64,000 nucleotides of DNA from Lingula anatina (Eukaryota > Animalia > Brachiopoda), in NCBI GenBank assembly GCA_051362555.1, contig CM120641.1, positions 20,956,001 to 21,020,000 on the forward strand. Direction: 5' to 3'. Position 1 is the stretch's first letter; every line of letters begins with the position of its first letter. Positions 36,001 through 46,000 of this stretch are shown one piece after another. The notes beneath the pieces were generated by a model. The model did not search any database and had not been told where the DNA came from. It saw only the letters and a list, made by a program, of their open reading frames with translations. Made by a program: the position numbers and the translations under genes.

Positions 36001-39000
36001 ATGAAGCCAGTCAACTGACAGAGCCAGCCACACTGATTCCAATGAAGTTTGGCTGTGAAAAATTAGTTTTGGTCGGAGATACAAAAGTAAGAAGCCTTGA
36101 CCTTGAATTTTATTGTCAGATAAATTTCAATATTTTTTATTTGTAGACATTGTATGTGGCTGTATGAATTCTAAACATTTTTGTGTGCATGTGTGTGTTA
36201 TTGTACCACCAGCGTAGGCGCTGGCGGTACACATGGTTTTAGTCACGTCTGGATCGTTCTGCCAGCTCCGCCGCCATGTTACCGTTACCGCTTCTCCTCC
36301 TAGACGGTAAGGGCCTCCATACCCATCTCTTGGATTTAGGTCACCTATAATCTCAACTCGTTCCATGTAAAATTTGGGCTTTGATATTGGGGTCTAGGTG
36401 TGGCACTCAATGCTGATTATCTACCCTACGGAAGGAATTATGGGAAAATTTTCTACAGATGGCTATCCGAAAGTCATATGTGGAGATTTCAAATATGCCC
36501 TTAGATTTGACCTTTATTTCAAGGTCAAACGGGCCAAAATTTTCAAAAAAAAAGAAATTTTTTACATAAAAAATTATTTGCGCTGATATTCAGAAATTAC
36601 ACAGACTTAACCAATAATATTGTTGGAAAGTGTTACCCATCGGGTCATCTTTCATCTCCATGAATTTGGGGTCAATCGGTGCATTTTCACGGGAGTAGTG
36701 GCCATAAGATACCGAAACTGAAAACTGTCTCTAATTCGGGAACCATTAATGCTAGAGACCCACTATTTTTTGCATTTTGTAGAGCATGTAAAGCCCAACA
36801 CTGAGGTGGTCTCCATTTTTTTGTATTCAATGGTTTTCGAGTTATGCTGTATCAAAAAGTACATTTTGGTGGTGAAAGAAAAATGTGCAGTACGGTATTA
36901 ATGGATAATAAATTTTGAACCCCGGGAAAATAAAAACATACGGCTTGGCGAGGCACACAACTTCTGGTCAAAAATGAAATTATTTCATAAAATTTGAACA
37001 TCTGGAACTTCTGAGCACCTCCCATTTCAAGAATTTCAACCAAAATGACCTTTTCTTTATTTAAATTAATTTTTTCTGTAAGATATTTATGGCACATTAT
37101 TGTAACTCCAAAATTGTAACATTTAGTCCCTAATATCTCCAAAACTGGCAGAGATAGGTCCATAGTTACTATTAAAGTTGAATGGAAAGTCACATACTGG
37201 CAATTTAACTGTGACCTTGAAATTGACCTTTGACCTACTTTTCACCATGAACTGAACTTTGCAAATTTTCGTTCCCTTTTATCTCCAAAACTGGCAGAGA
37301 TAGGTCTATAGTTACTTTTGAATTTGAATAGAAAGTCATATACTGGCAATTTTCTGTGACCTTAAAATTGACTTTTGACCTTCTTTTCACCATGAACTGA
37401 ACTTTGCAAATTTTTGTTCCCTTTTATCTCTAAAACTGGTAGAGATAGGTCCATAGTTACTATTGAACTTGAATAGGAAGTAATACACTGGCAATCTAAC
37501 TGTGACCTTGAAATTGACCTTTGACCTACTTTTTATGATGAACTGCTCTTTGCATGCTTTCTGGTCTTTAAATCTGCAAAATTGGCAAAGAAATGACCAT
37601 GGTTACTATTGAACTTGAATAGAAATTCATATACTATGATATTGAAATTGACCTTTGACCTGCTTTTTCACCATGAACTGAGCTTTGTATATTTTTTTGC
37701 CCTTCATATCTTCAAAACCAGCAGAGATGTGCCCGGTGTTGCCCCTAGGTTTTCTGTTTTGTCAGCATACATGTATATGCACCACTGACAACACATTTCA
37801 AGGAAAACCAATAGGCCTTTTGTCTAGAGAATTACAGAAGCGATCAATGGTAGGAAAATAGGTCAATTATAAAATCTGCTTGATTGTACCATTTTTATTT
37901 TTTTGCATATTTAGAGAACTCTTGTTGATTGCATTTTATATAGCTTGTCAAGCACAAGACTGGTGGTGGTGTCCCTTTTTTTTTTTTGGGGGGGGGGAAG
38001 GGTTCCATACGAATACGCTTACTCCAGCTGGTGGTACAATATTCGGAGGCGGTATCGCCTCTCTGATCCTCTAGTTACCCATCCTGTCCAACTCATCTGT
38101 TGTTCACCATGTAACTTACGACATATAAACTATTATTATTTACTTAGTTTTTTTTAGTGACCCTGTTTGGTGAAAAGTCAGTTTCCTTTTGAAAACAAGA
38201 GTGATTTTTTCTTCGTGGTGTATATTTGCCAGCTTTCCTGTCTAGTTTCACTTAACATTTGCTGAGAAACTTTCTACAACACTTTTCACCCCTGTAAGTT
38301 ATTGTATTAGGCTCTATTCCCAGAGCTTTTAGATCGATCTATCCCCGCGGGGAGTCTCACTAGATTACTGTCAGATAATACGGCTTAAATGTCCATCCCG
38401 CCTACTACAAGCTGTAAGGGGGTAATTAACTATGGTGCCCACTCGGCTGACTGCAATTTAGTGTGAACCCCCAGGGAGTTAGGTCGATCTAAAGTAGATT
38501 GATCTAATCTCTGGAAATGGGGTCTTACTGATTTTGAAATAGGAGAAGTTGAAGTAAAATACAACAGGGCTAAACGATATTCACATCACACCAGCTCATT
38601 TTCACAGAAATGCCAGACTTTTCACTGCAGCAAGTGGACTTTGTAATAGTGGTCAAAAGTACACATCGACACTCGCATAAGGCACCTGTTTCACAAGAAT
38701 AAAAAAAACTGTAATTGAATATGTTAGCTACCCAACTTACTCTGGCCAACTATCAGTGTTTCACAAAAAATCTTAAGTTCTATAGTTGTAGACTGTGCTC
38801 ACATGCTTGATAAACTCTTAAAAAATAATGGATAGAAAAATTCGGAAACTAAAGATATGGTATTTCATTGTGTCTTATGGCCGCAGGTGATCATTAACAG
38901 ACAGTGAAATTGGTAAAAACATAAGCAAAGTATATTTTTGGACTCCATTGATTACTGTAATAGTTTAACTTTGAAACAGTTCATTTTAAGATCTGTAACA

Positions 39001-42000
39001 CACGTAGTGCTAAAAAAGGAATATATGTAACACACGTAGTGCTAAAAAAGGAAAATAGAGTCTTGTTGGGGTGATACAAGTGGTTTATTCTTCTCTATTG
39101 TCTATACCAGTTGTAAAATACTCGTCAACGACAACGATGACGACGACACCGACGACGGTTTTAACTGAAATATAAAATTAAATAAATAAATAAATAAATA
39201 AATAAAATATTTAACTACTTTAATGCAATAATTACAATGGGATTAATCTAGAATGCTGTAATTGAGAAATCTGCACTAGCACAATATGGCGCAATTTAGG
39301 CATCCAACATCTTTTAGACAACTAGCACAATTTGTGTAACATGAGACAGCAGAGAAAGCATGCGGTGCATTACTCCTTTAGAATATCTAACTGAACCTTA
39401 AACATCTTTTACTTATAAAAATTCTACCACATAAGACAAGGTGTGTCATAATAACCATTAAATGTCACAGCAAAGAACTAGTACAGTGTAGATAAATCAA
39501 TTAAAATCAATGTGGGTCAAACTGCTTCTCAGTAAGGCTTCGTTCACATGCAATGTCTATTTTCTAAATTCTATTTTCTATTTGCGGTATGTCTTATGAT
39601 CACGGTCTGTGGCCTGAATATCCCGCCGCGTAATTACTGGCAGCGCGAGCCAGTTACTATAAGTTACTATAAGTAACTGGCTCGCGCTGCCAGTAATTAC
39701 GCGGCGGGATATTTAGGGCACAGACCGTGATCATAAGATAGCGCAAATAGAAAATAGAAATTAGAAAATAGACATTGCATGTGAACGAAGCCTAAGTGTT
39801 AAACTCAAAAGCAAGCCAAAAACAACAATTCACTTAACTAAGGGCATCCTAATTTCTCTCTAGTTACAAACAAAAAAAAATTACATTAAAAACAATTTTA
39901 CTTACATTCCTGGTCAGACAGGTTTCACAAAGGTGTATTGTGAAAACACGTTTTCTCCTCTCTAGATCAGACAAAGGAATGTGATGTGCAGTGAAATTTA
40001 AGCCACCCCCAGGAATGTCGTTAAAAAGCAATCAAAGAAAACTATTTGCTAGCTAACACTTTCTATGGGCAATTGGGGTCAGCACATTACTACCTACTTT
40101 GATTCAACTAGCTAAATTTTGCCAGGTGTTACAAGATCAAAATAACATTAAAACATTGGCTTGCCTGTGAAGGCTGCCATCAAATATTTAGTGGTCAAAA
40201 AGTGTAAGCAAATGAAGAAAAAGGCCATAAACTCTTATTCACTTTAATTCCTCGTCGAGATTCACCCTTGGTATCGTCCATACTGCTTTCTTGCTCAAAC
40301 AAATAGCCTTCATTGGGTTCTCTATTCATTATAAAGCAGATAAAATGCTTGTTGTAACTCTGGAGCACGACTCCTTCCCCTCAATCAACCTAAAATCTTC
40401 ACACGCTGCCTCTGTTTACATCACTCAATAGCCTACTTGATTGCTGTGCCACCACATGGGCATATCTTGAACTTGATTCGCATCCATAAAAAAACTGTTC
40501 CAACTAATAAAATATTAACTTTTTTTATAATTGATCAATAATGACTTCTGGGCACAAAAATGATAATTTTAGCCCTTTGTTTCATCTCAAGATTCCTTTA
40601 ATGCTTCAGCTACTCCACTTACACAGAATCTTGTGACAGTGTTAAAAATCCCAGTTGCCAAGAGAGTTTCTGTATGCTAGCATACATGAGTACATCAATC
40701 TTGACCATTTCACTAGTTTGTATGAATATTTCAGTGAACTTGGCTGCTGTTCTATAATACCTCTGTCTGTTTTAGCAACTAAACCCCATAATTCAAGGAT
40801 CAGCAGCCAGCAACGGAAATGGACTAGAACAGACTATGTTTGACAGGCTCATGGCTATGGTAAGCTACACCTATGTATTAAGTAGTCCTAGGGCTTGTCC
40901 TCGTAAGAACTTAATGCCTGGAGATTTAAGCAATCAATTCTCAAACCAATACTTATTTTTTTAGACTAAAAAAATTATGTGAAAGTTCTGAAAAATGAGT
41001 TGTTTTCAAGACGGTAAGCACTGTATACGGTAATATGCCAAACAATTCGACCAAGATTAATTAATTAATTTCATGGAAATGCCAGTTTGGTCGAATTGAT
41101 TAAAATACAGCAAATGGAAACCTTTGATATCGTCTGATTGTTAGGGGCATCTGCCAAAACGTCCATCTTTCCGGAAGTATTGCATTTTACCGGAAGTGTT
41201 ACGCAAGATAAGCCGCAATTTTCGCCTAACACGTGTTTCAGGCTTGTTTTATCCTCCTTTTAAAATCTTATTTTGCTGTGTACAATATGTGCTAACATTA
41301 CTTAACATTAAAAAAGACGACAATTATAATTTCTAATTATATATTTCCCTCACCTACGATCATTTTCATGATGCGCTTCACGAGTGGGACGAGTATTTCC
41401 CCTGAGACAGGTGTTGTAAACAAAGGCCGGTCACTTATATTTGAAACCGGTAGCTTTAGTAGACTTAAACTAGTTATGTGATCTACGTACGCCCTATTTG
41501 AATTTTAATATGACAACTGAAATCAACCGAATTGAAATTTTTTTTAATTTTTGAGATCAGTTGTTTTCAACCCGCAAGGCTTGCTCAGCGTCGAGGCGTA
41601 GACGTACTTCCGAAGAAAACTCAATCACCCGTATCAAAGAATACCAACTGATACTCAAACGGAATTCAGTGTAACTTCAAATTACTTATAAGTATTTTAT
41701 TTAAAAAGCATGTCATATTAAAACATATTGAGAAAAGGCAAAATACGGAGCCTACCTGTGCCGATAGGCATACAGTAGGCCTATCTTGCTGGCACTCTTC
41801 CGATTTTCTTACTTATATACTCTCGCTGTGCACAAACCACGGTGCATATTGAAAACCCCACTCATACAACCCGAACGTAAAATAAGCATTTAATTGCCAT
41901 AATTTTCACAAAACAAGCGCATTTATACTTTGACGCGAGAATCATTGAGCACATGCAAAATGAGACTGGTCTTATCTGGTCTAGTCTAGCATAGCGCAAA

Positions 42001-45000
42001 CCACATGTTAATGAAGACGGTCCCATTTTGGGGGAGGGGGGTCACAGGAATGGAGTTCTTCGTGGATTAAGCTAAATATCATCAACATTTAATGCATCTG
42101 GGGAAATAAAAAGTGACTCACAGGTAACGTAAATATCCAGTGGAACTCTCTATGAAGCTCTCATGGAGTTAAGGAAGACGTCATTTTTCTTGTTGACAAA
42201 TCAGTTATCCATGTAGGTGAACAGCTACACGTGTTCGTCAGATATTGACAGCGCGTGGTATTTGGCGCCAAGAAGTCTGGGCGGTGGATCCCGCTGATCT
42301 CGGTCGATTGTAGTAAATGTAAGATCTTGCGGTGTTGACTTTAAGAACGTTTCTCCATCTGCATATATATTTCAATTAAACTTGAAAATAAATTGCTTAT
42401 TCTTCCCAAACTTTTTATTGCTAGCAAACGCTATATATGGTCTATATGAAGGTGTTTACGACGTATTCTACCCACTGTCGATATTTGGTTTCATCCAGAA
42501 TGGACCTTTTTTACCCCCCCCCCCCTTCCCCAGTTACGGGCGTGATGAATCAGTCAGCGAGGGCAAGTCTGCTTAATTAGCACAAATAGTAAGTCTATAA
42601 CACTATTTTGTCATCGGGGACAAAGGAAATGACAGGTACGTCATGCTTCCAGATTAGATCTTCAGTTAATAGTTTCTTTCTCATTGACGAGAGCTATTGA
42701 AAGGACAACAATTGACAAAGGGCCCGGCATGCAGCATCTATATGACTGGCTTGAAAATGTACCGAGTCTTGCCGACGATGTGGTCGAACAATCGGAACAA
42801 GAAAAAAATTCTGTCGCATGATTTTGACGTATGGACTAAATGTTTGAGCCCAGAAAAATTAATTTTATAATATAATTTTTTTGGTCGGATTGACTGGGCC
42901 CGTCGAAATGCTTGGCACATTACCGTACCATTGTCAGCAAGAACTCAAATATTAGAAATTGTGATTAAATATATCAGAATAAGAATTAAAGGTGTTTAAA
43001 TTTTTGGGGAAAATTACCAAATTGTCCATTCTTTCTTTCAGGGTCATGAGACAACAATGCTACATACACAGTATAGGTGTCATCCAAGGATAAGTGCCAT
43101 GGCCAGTACCTTGTTCTATGGTGGGTTGTTGAAGGATGGAGTATCTGAAAAAGACAGGGAACCTTTAATGGTAATCTCATATCACTTGGAGGCTGACCTC
43201 TCATTTATGACCACAAAAAACGGAGATAAGACCATGCAGTCACCAAGAGCCTTTAATAGATACTGTTATCTAACAGACTGCTCCTTTTGGAACACATATA
43301 CAAAGTAGTAATTTACTTTATTGCCAGTGGTGATTCTTGCTGGTCACTGATATACCAGTGTAGTTTTTGCTTCAAAATGGTATTGATTGCATCCCTTCAT
43401 GATCTTTTATATTCCTTTCATTATTCTATTTAAATTAATAAGCAAAGTGTGTAAGTACGTGGATCCCTGATAGTAGCCTGTGTTCCATGTACAGTTAAAA
43501 AGTTTTTGTTTAAAACTCATGAAGGTGATGTTTCCAAAATGTCTGCTTTCAAAATTTTGATTAGTGCATGCAATATTGTACAATAGCTGTTTTTCATTGT
43601 TTTGTCTAAATACAGTATTTTTTCACATGATCAAAAGTGATTTTTTCCCAAATATTTTCAGAATGCTCAACTAGTAACTATCTTCAGCATTTCAGAAATG
43701 TTTAATTTGTTATTATTAATCTGGATTATAATGTATTGTGTCTAAAATTGTGTATGTATTCCAGAAATCCTGTCCACCTCTGTGCTTCATTGATGTCTCG
43801 AAAGGTCAGGAAGCTCGGGACAGACTGGGCAGCATTTATAACAAGGAGGAGGAGGCCTTTGTTGCATCTCTTCTTAAGAAGCTGCTGTCTGAGGGCTTGA
43901 AGCCAGCACAAATTGGGGTTATTACACCTTTCAGGTCTCAGGTTGCTAAAATTAAGAAGATTTTGTTGGCTAGCAGGTAAGGGAGGAGCATATTGGTATT
44001 GAAATGACAGTCATATGTTATACATGTAATAAATATATCTTCACAAGCAAAATCTGTACTTTTTGTTAGTGATAAACATTTTCATGTATGGCCTCTGTTC
44101 CCCATTTATATTCTCACCCTAATGCAAATAATGTTTACAAAATGTGTTACTGTTGTATCAAAATTCAATACAAAATCACAATTTCAGGTTTTTGTTATAA
44201 AGAGATGTAAAATGTTCTTGACCAGGCGGGACACACTCTATGTTTCAGTATTAATGAGCCCAGTAAAATCAGTGCTGTCCAGATTTCCACAGTGGATGCT
44301 TTTCAAGGAGGAGAGAAGGATGTCATCATTCTATCCTTTGTGAAAACTAACAACACAGCATTCATTGATTGCAAAAAGTAAGTCACTATTAGCTACTATG
44401 ATACCAAAAATACCTATGGAGGATAGGCACTGTCAACTCCGCAGTTGTAATATAGAATATTTCTATTCGAATGCCCTACTCTGTTTCTGTTGCTGTTTCC
44501 AGGAGAACCAATGTTGCCTTGACCAGAGCTAAGCACCATCTGCTGCTTGTAGGACAAAAGCAGAATCTGGAAAGAAACCCAATGTTTAAGGAGGTCATCT
44601 TTTATTGTGGAAGTAAGCATGCATGTGTGGTGCTTAATGCAGAGAGAGGGTATTGGCAATATTAGTAATTAAATTTCTTCCAAAAAAAAAGTCATTCAGA
44701 AGTAGTATAACTATGCTGGTAAAGTGCCAAATATGTCCAACATATGTAATGCTTTTTGGTTTACATTTCATGAAAGGGGTTGAGCTCCCAAGACTGAGGT
44801 ACAGTAGGTTGAGTAGATTAGTGGCATGTCTCTTTAAAACAAAGTATGCTTTAAGTAATGTGTGCATAGAGTAACTACATATCTTGGTCTAATGCTCCCA
44901 TAATATAGTACAGCTGCTGACGGAGTTTACTCAGCCCCAATTTGGTGAGTCCTTGAAGGCATTCTAAAACTGGGCATTAGTATAAACTACTGGTAAGCAC

Positions 45001-46000
45001 CAGTGCTATATTTTATGGGCACCTATAAGAGAAAGAAAGTCAAGATATGTAGTAACTCCATGCATATATTATTTTTAGTGCAAAAGAGACAAAATGACAA
45101 AGATATTAATCGATTATCAATCTACTTACATATTTCTGCCTTAGAAGCTTAACCCCCTTGTTCAGATCGATGACATAATATAATTATTTGATGTTAACCT
45201 CAGGTGATGTTGTAAATGCCTCACAATTTATGAGAACATTTCAACAACAAAAGACATCAGAGGCAGAGAAATCTCCATCACAGAAACAAGGCTTCTCATC
45301 TTGTGGTATGCAGCAAAGCGGACATACTGACAGTAGCAAAAGTCTTATCTTGAAAGCAGAACAACAGTCACCATCAAATGTTTACAGTGAAAATATCACA
45401 GACAAAGGGCCCCAAGGTAAAGGAAAGCCTTCTGGAAAAAATTGTACAAAATAACTCAATATCTAAGCCCTTGAACAGGGAAAAACAGGAAATGGAAATG
45501 AATGCATGTTAAATTCTGAGAAAAAAAATAAGAAAAATAGATAGTATATGCAGTGTATTTTGTTCTTTCTTATTTTTAGGGACATTTTTGCCAGTTGTCC
45601 AAGCCTGGTGTGACACTCACAGTGTGAGTATGAATTTGCAAAGCAAATATTGAAGGGTGGGTGTGGCTATATTTGAAGGTCTGGTATGCATCCTCCCAAA
45701 TACTCCATCACAACTAAAATTTGAGCCTTTTTTGTCTTGTACCCCTAATTCCATTCTATTCTCACAGAAAGAATCATTTTAAAGGTACAGTATTTCTTCT
45801 CTTCTCAGTATATACACCATTTTTCTTGTTATTATGTTAAACATTAAATTTTTCTTTTTCAGCCTGGTGATGGAGCATTTAAAGAGCCACCTTGCCGTGT
45901 TCCCATGAGGTCACATTCAAGGCCCCGTATAATAGATGAGAACATAATCAGTGACAGTAACACAGAATCCTCAGACAATGAAGACCTACCAGCATTTTGA
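1..46000 (+). CDS. ZGRF1: ZGRF1-like protein (GRF zinc finger + Upf1/DNA2-NAM7-like SF1 helicase), 5'-partial, spliced
   Basis: Phase-consistent exon chain: <1-640, 904-1040, 1500-1761, 2062-2165, 2321-2411, 2569-3940 (contains two lesions), 4784-4922, 5353-5439, 15779-15882, 15991-~16078, 17745-17896, 18163-18262, 21244-21390, 23297-23423, 23997-24051, 25081-25195, 26163-26316, 29248-29325, 34789-34872, 35058-35100, 35668-35748, 35988-36086, 40776-40859, 43042-43170, 43765-43976, 44249-44377, 44503-44612, 45204-45416, 45580-45623, 45863-46000 (TGA). Peptides ELRFPS..RIPVKF..Y..LF...EDINILL, CHH..VKKDGKNKGRNFFVC, DLWMISKTMDF, GAFGSGKS, SSATNVAVDRVL, LDEASQ, LVGDTKQL, QYRCHP, GVITPFRSQ, STVDAFQGGEKD and RTNVALTRAK follow the domain order I recall for vertebrate ZGRF1. 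Confidence 0.9.
2569..3940 (+). CDS. ZGRF1: Large Ser-rich ZGRF1 exon with an in-frame TAG (2979-2981) and a 1-nt frameshift (~3660)
   Basis: Acceptor ttccag/2569 and donor aag/gtaaca at 3941. ORFs 2739-2981 and 2985-3665 share a frame and are separated by one TAG. ORF 3683-3961 joins them if one T is added to the T run near 3660. Confidence 0.65.
4032..4209. mobile_element. hAT-like MITE with 5-bp TSD (hAT5-type)
   Basis: TIR CAGGGCTTGACA...TGTCAAGCCCTG; TSD TACAA at 4027-4031 and 4210-4214; internal subterminal TGGCCC/GGGCCA repeats. Confidence 0.75.
4784..5439 (+). CDS. ZGRF1: ZGRF1 exons 4784-4922 and 5353-5439 (conserved segment upstream of the GRF finger)
   Basis: ATSKGELRFPSKQEIGDADMARRLARIPVKFATVQQYMELFETAQT/EDINILLNRVSKTYHQALERM; canonical AG/GT sites. 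Confidence 0.85.
4820..8337 (+). repeat. 1759-bp direct tandem duplication (4820-6578 = 6579-8337)
   Basis: Identical ORFs recur with an offset of 1759 (5678/7437, 5861/7620, 6123/7882). The junction gaccttcttt|caagaaattgg lies at 6578/6579. Confidence 0.95.
5688..6578 (+). mobile_element. Non-autonomous Helentron (HINE) copy 1, 3'-truncated by the duplication junction
   Basis: 5' subTIR/hairpin GTACCATCAGCGTGTACGCTGGCGGTAC, shared 5' body, and the start of the 123-bp array. Confidence 0.8.
9662..9858. mobile_element. PIF/Harbinger (Tourist-like) MITE
   Basis: TIR GACCCCATTTCCAGAG...CTCTGGGAATACAGCC with TAA TSD; an inverted family member lies at 38310-38524 and a partial copy at ~47010-47120. 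Confidence 0.75.
11175..11655 (-). mobile_element. Degenerate LINE fragment (region C-terminal to RT)
   Basis: Minus-strand peptides QVHLKFCKWILGL, FWQELNSSISNKLRTYKTIKK and LAKIRLSDH, typical of the LINE ORF2 C-terminal region. Confidence 0.6.
13172..14435 (-). mobile_element. Internally deleted hAT transposon with 6-bp TSD (hAT6-like)
   Basis: Perfect 15-bp TIR CAGTGATTGGGAAGG/CCTTCCCAATCACTG; TSD AGCTAC (13166-13171 / 14436-14441). ORF remnant RGFQPRWLQLWPWLQYD (start of a TTF-type zinc finger) is fused out of frame to the C-terminal YEDALNVWHRKKR. Confidence 0.85.
15779..16078 (+). CDS. ZGRF1: GRF-type zinc finger exons (15779-15882, 15991-~16078)
   Basis: PLCHHGVTSKIEVVKKDGKNK/GRNFFVCNLPLEQQCEVGEW gives a C-x-H...C...C ligand set with a GRxF motif. 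The donor of the second exon is uncertain. Confidence 0.85.
18302..20470 (+). mobile_element. HINE copy 3 (about 6 repeat units; internal ~142-bp duplication at ~18851-19145)
   Basis: TTGTACCACCAGCGTAGGCGCTGGCGGTAC ... GCTGGTGGTACAA, GAGGCGGTATCGCCTC hairpin, CTAGTT; T-rich flanks and no TSD. Confidence 0.9.
20656..20995. mobile_element. MITE with long imperfect TIRs
   Basis: CACTAGTGGGCTTGATTTGGTCTTAAAGTGCAATTTAAG... vs ...CTTAAATTGCATTTTAAGACCAAATCCAGCCCACTAGTG. Confidence 0.7.
21920..22600 (+). repeat. Old ~345-bp imperfect tandem duplication (further partial units near 23065 and 23205)
   Basis: CATATTGGCATTTTCAAGGTGTGACTT at 21921 and 22265, followed by colinear similarity. Confidence 0.7.
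25081..26316 (+). CDS. ZGRF1: Helicase Q motif, Walker A and motif Ia exons (25081-25195, 26163-26316)
   Basis: GLNTDQAEAL...HLIHG/AFGSGKSSTVAVII...KILISSATNVAVDRVLEG. Confidence 0.9.
26409..29147 (+). mobile_element. HINE copy 4 (about 11 repeat units)
   Basis: Same termini as copy 3; expanded array ~27385-28800 with adjacent homogenised variant units at ~27420-27920. Confidence 0.9.
29447..33430 (+). mobile_element. HINE copy 5 with nested Harbinger fragment (~30451-30620) and Tc1/mariner-like element
   Basis: Same termini as copy 3; array interrupted at 30844-32730. Confidence 0.9.
30844..32730. mobile_element. Non-autonomous Tc1/mariner-like element (TA TSD), copy A
   Basis: TIR CGGTAATGTGCCAAGCATTTCGAC / GTCGAATTGTTTGGCATATTACCG, TA duplicated; no transposase recognised. 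Confidence 0.8.
33494..33945 (+). mobile_element. Second HINE-like family fragment with ~3 x ~130-bp internal repeats
   Basis: Starts TTATTACCTCTGCCAAGGAGGTTATGTTTT, with repeated ACATAACTCAAAAAGTTATGGACCGATTTTGATGAAATTTT...GGTGGTGATCTGGATC units; a decayed reverse copy lies near 58740-58892. Confidence 0.65.
34150..34555 (-). mobile_element. RTE-like LINE 5' fragment (5'UTR + start of AP endonuclease)
   Basis: TKIGTWNVRTLYQCGNLAQVIKQAEIYGLDILGISEMHWKENG carries APE motifs I and II. Confidence 0.75.
34557..34760. repeat. ~51-bp minisatellite, about 4 units
   Basis: ACAGTAATGCCTGTCATGATATGGATATTTTTGTGTATTGTCTCAACTATC repeated with decay. Confidence 0.8.
34789..40859 (+). CDS. ZGRF1: Helicase exons with motifs Ib, II (DEASQ) and III (34789-34872, 35058-35100, 35668-35748, 35988-36086, 40776-40859)
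   Basis: ARVVGATCATC, VLILDEASQLTEPATLIP, KLVLVGDTK/QLNPIIQG..GLEQTMFDRLM. Confidence 0.9.
36201..38075 (+). mobile_element. HINE copy 6 (about 5 repeat units)
   Basis: Same termini as copy 3; array ~37130-37720. Confidence 0.9.
38310..38524. mobile_element. PIF/Harbinger MITE (same family as 9662-9858, inverted)
   Basis: TIR GGCTCTATTCCCAGAG...CTCTGGAAATGGGGTC; TTA TSD. Confidence 0.8.
39536..39792. mobile_element. Near-perfect 257-bp palindromic (foldback) Harbinger-type MITE
   Basis: GGCTTCGTTCACATGCAATGTC... / ...GACATTGCATGTGAACGAAGCC, arms pair almost to the centre; TAA TSD. Confidence 0.9.
41028..42925. mobile_element. Tc1/mariner-like element copy B, inverted relative to 30844-32730
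   Basis: Reverse complement of copy A along its full length (shared peptide KINCLFFPNFLLLANAIYGLYEG on opposite strands); TA TSD. Confidence 0.85.
43042..44612 (+). CDS. ZGRF1: Helicase RecA2 exons, motifs IIIa-VI (43042-43170, 43765-43976, 44249-44377, 44503-44612)
   Basis: LHTQYRCHPRIS, NKEEEAFV..QIGVITPFRSQV, QISTVDAFQGGEKDVIILS, RTNVALTRAKHHLLLVG. Confidence 0.92.
44869..45058. mobile_element. Short MITE, possibly Sola-like
   Basis: 18-bp TIR GAGTAACTACATATCTTG / CAAGATATGTAGTAACTC; flanks CATA/CATG suggest a 4-bp TSD. Confidence 0.55.
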
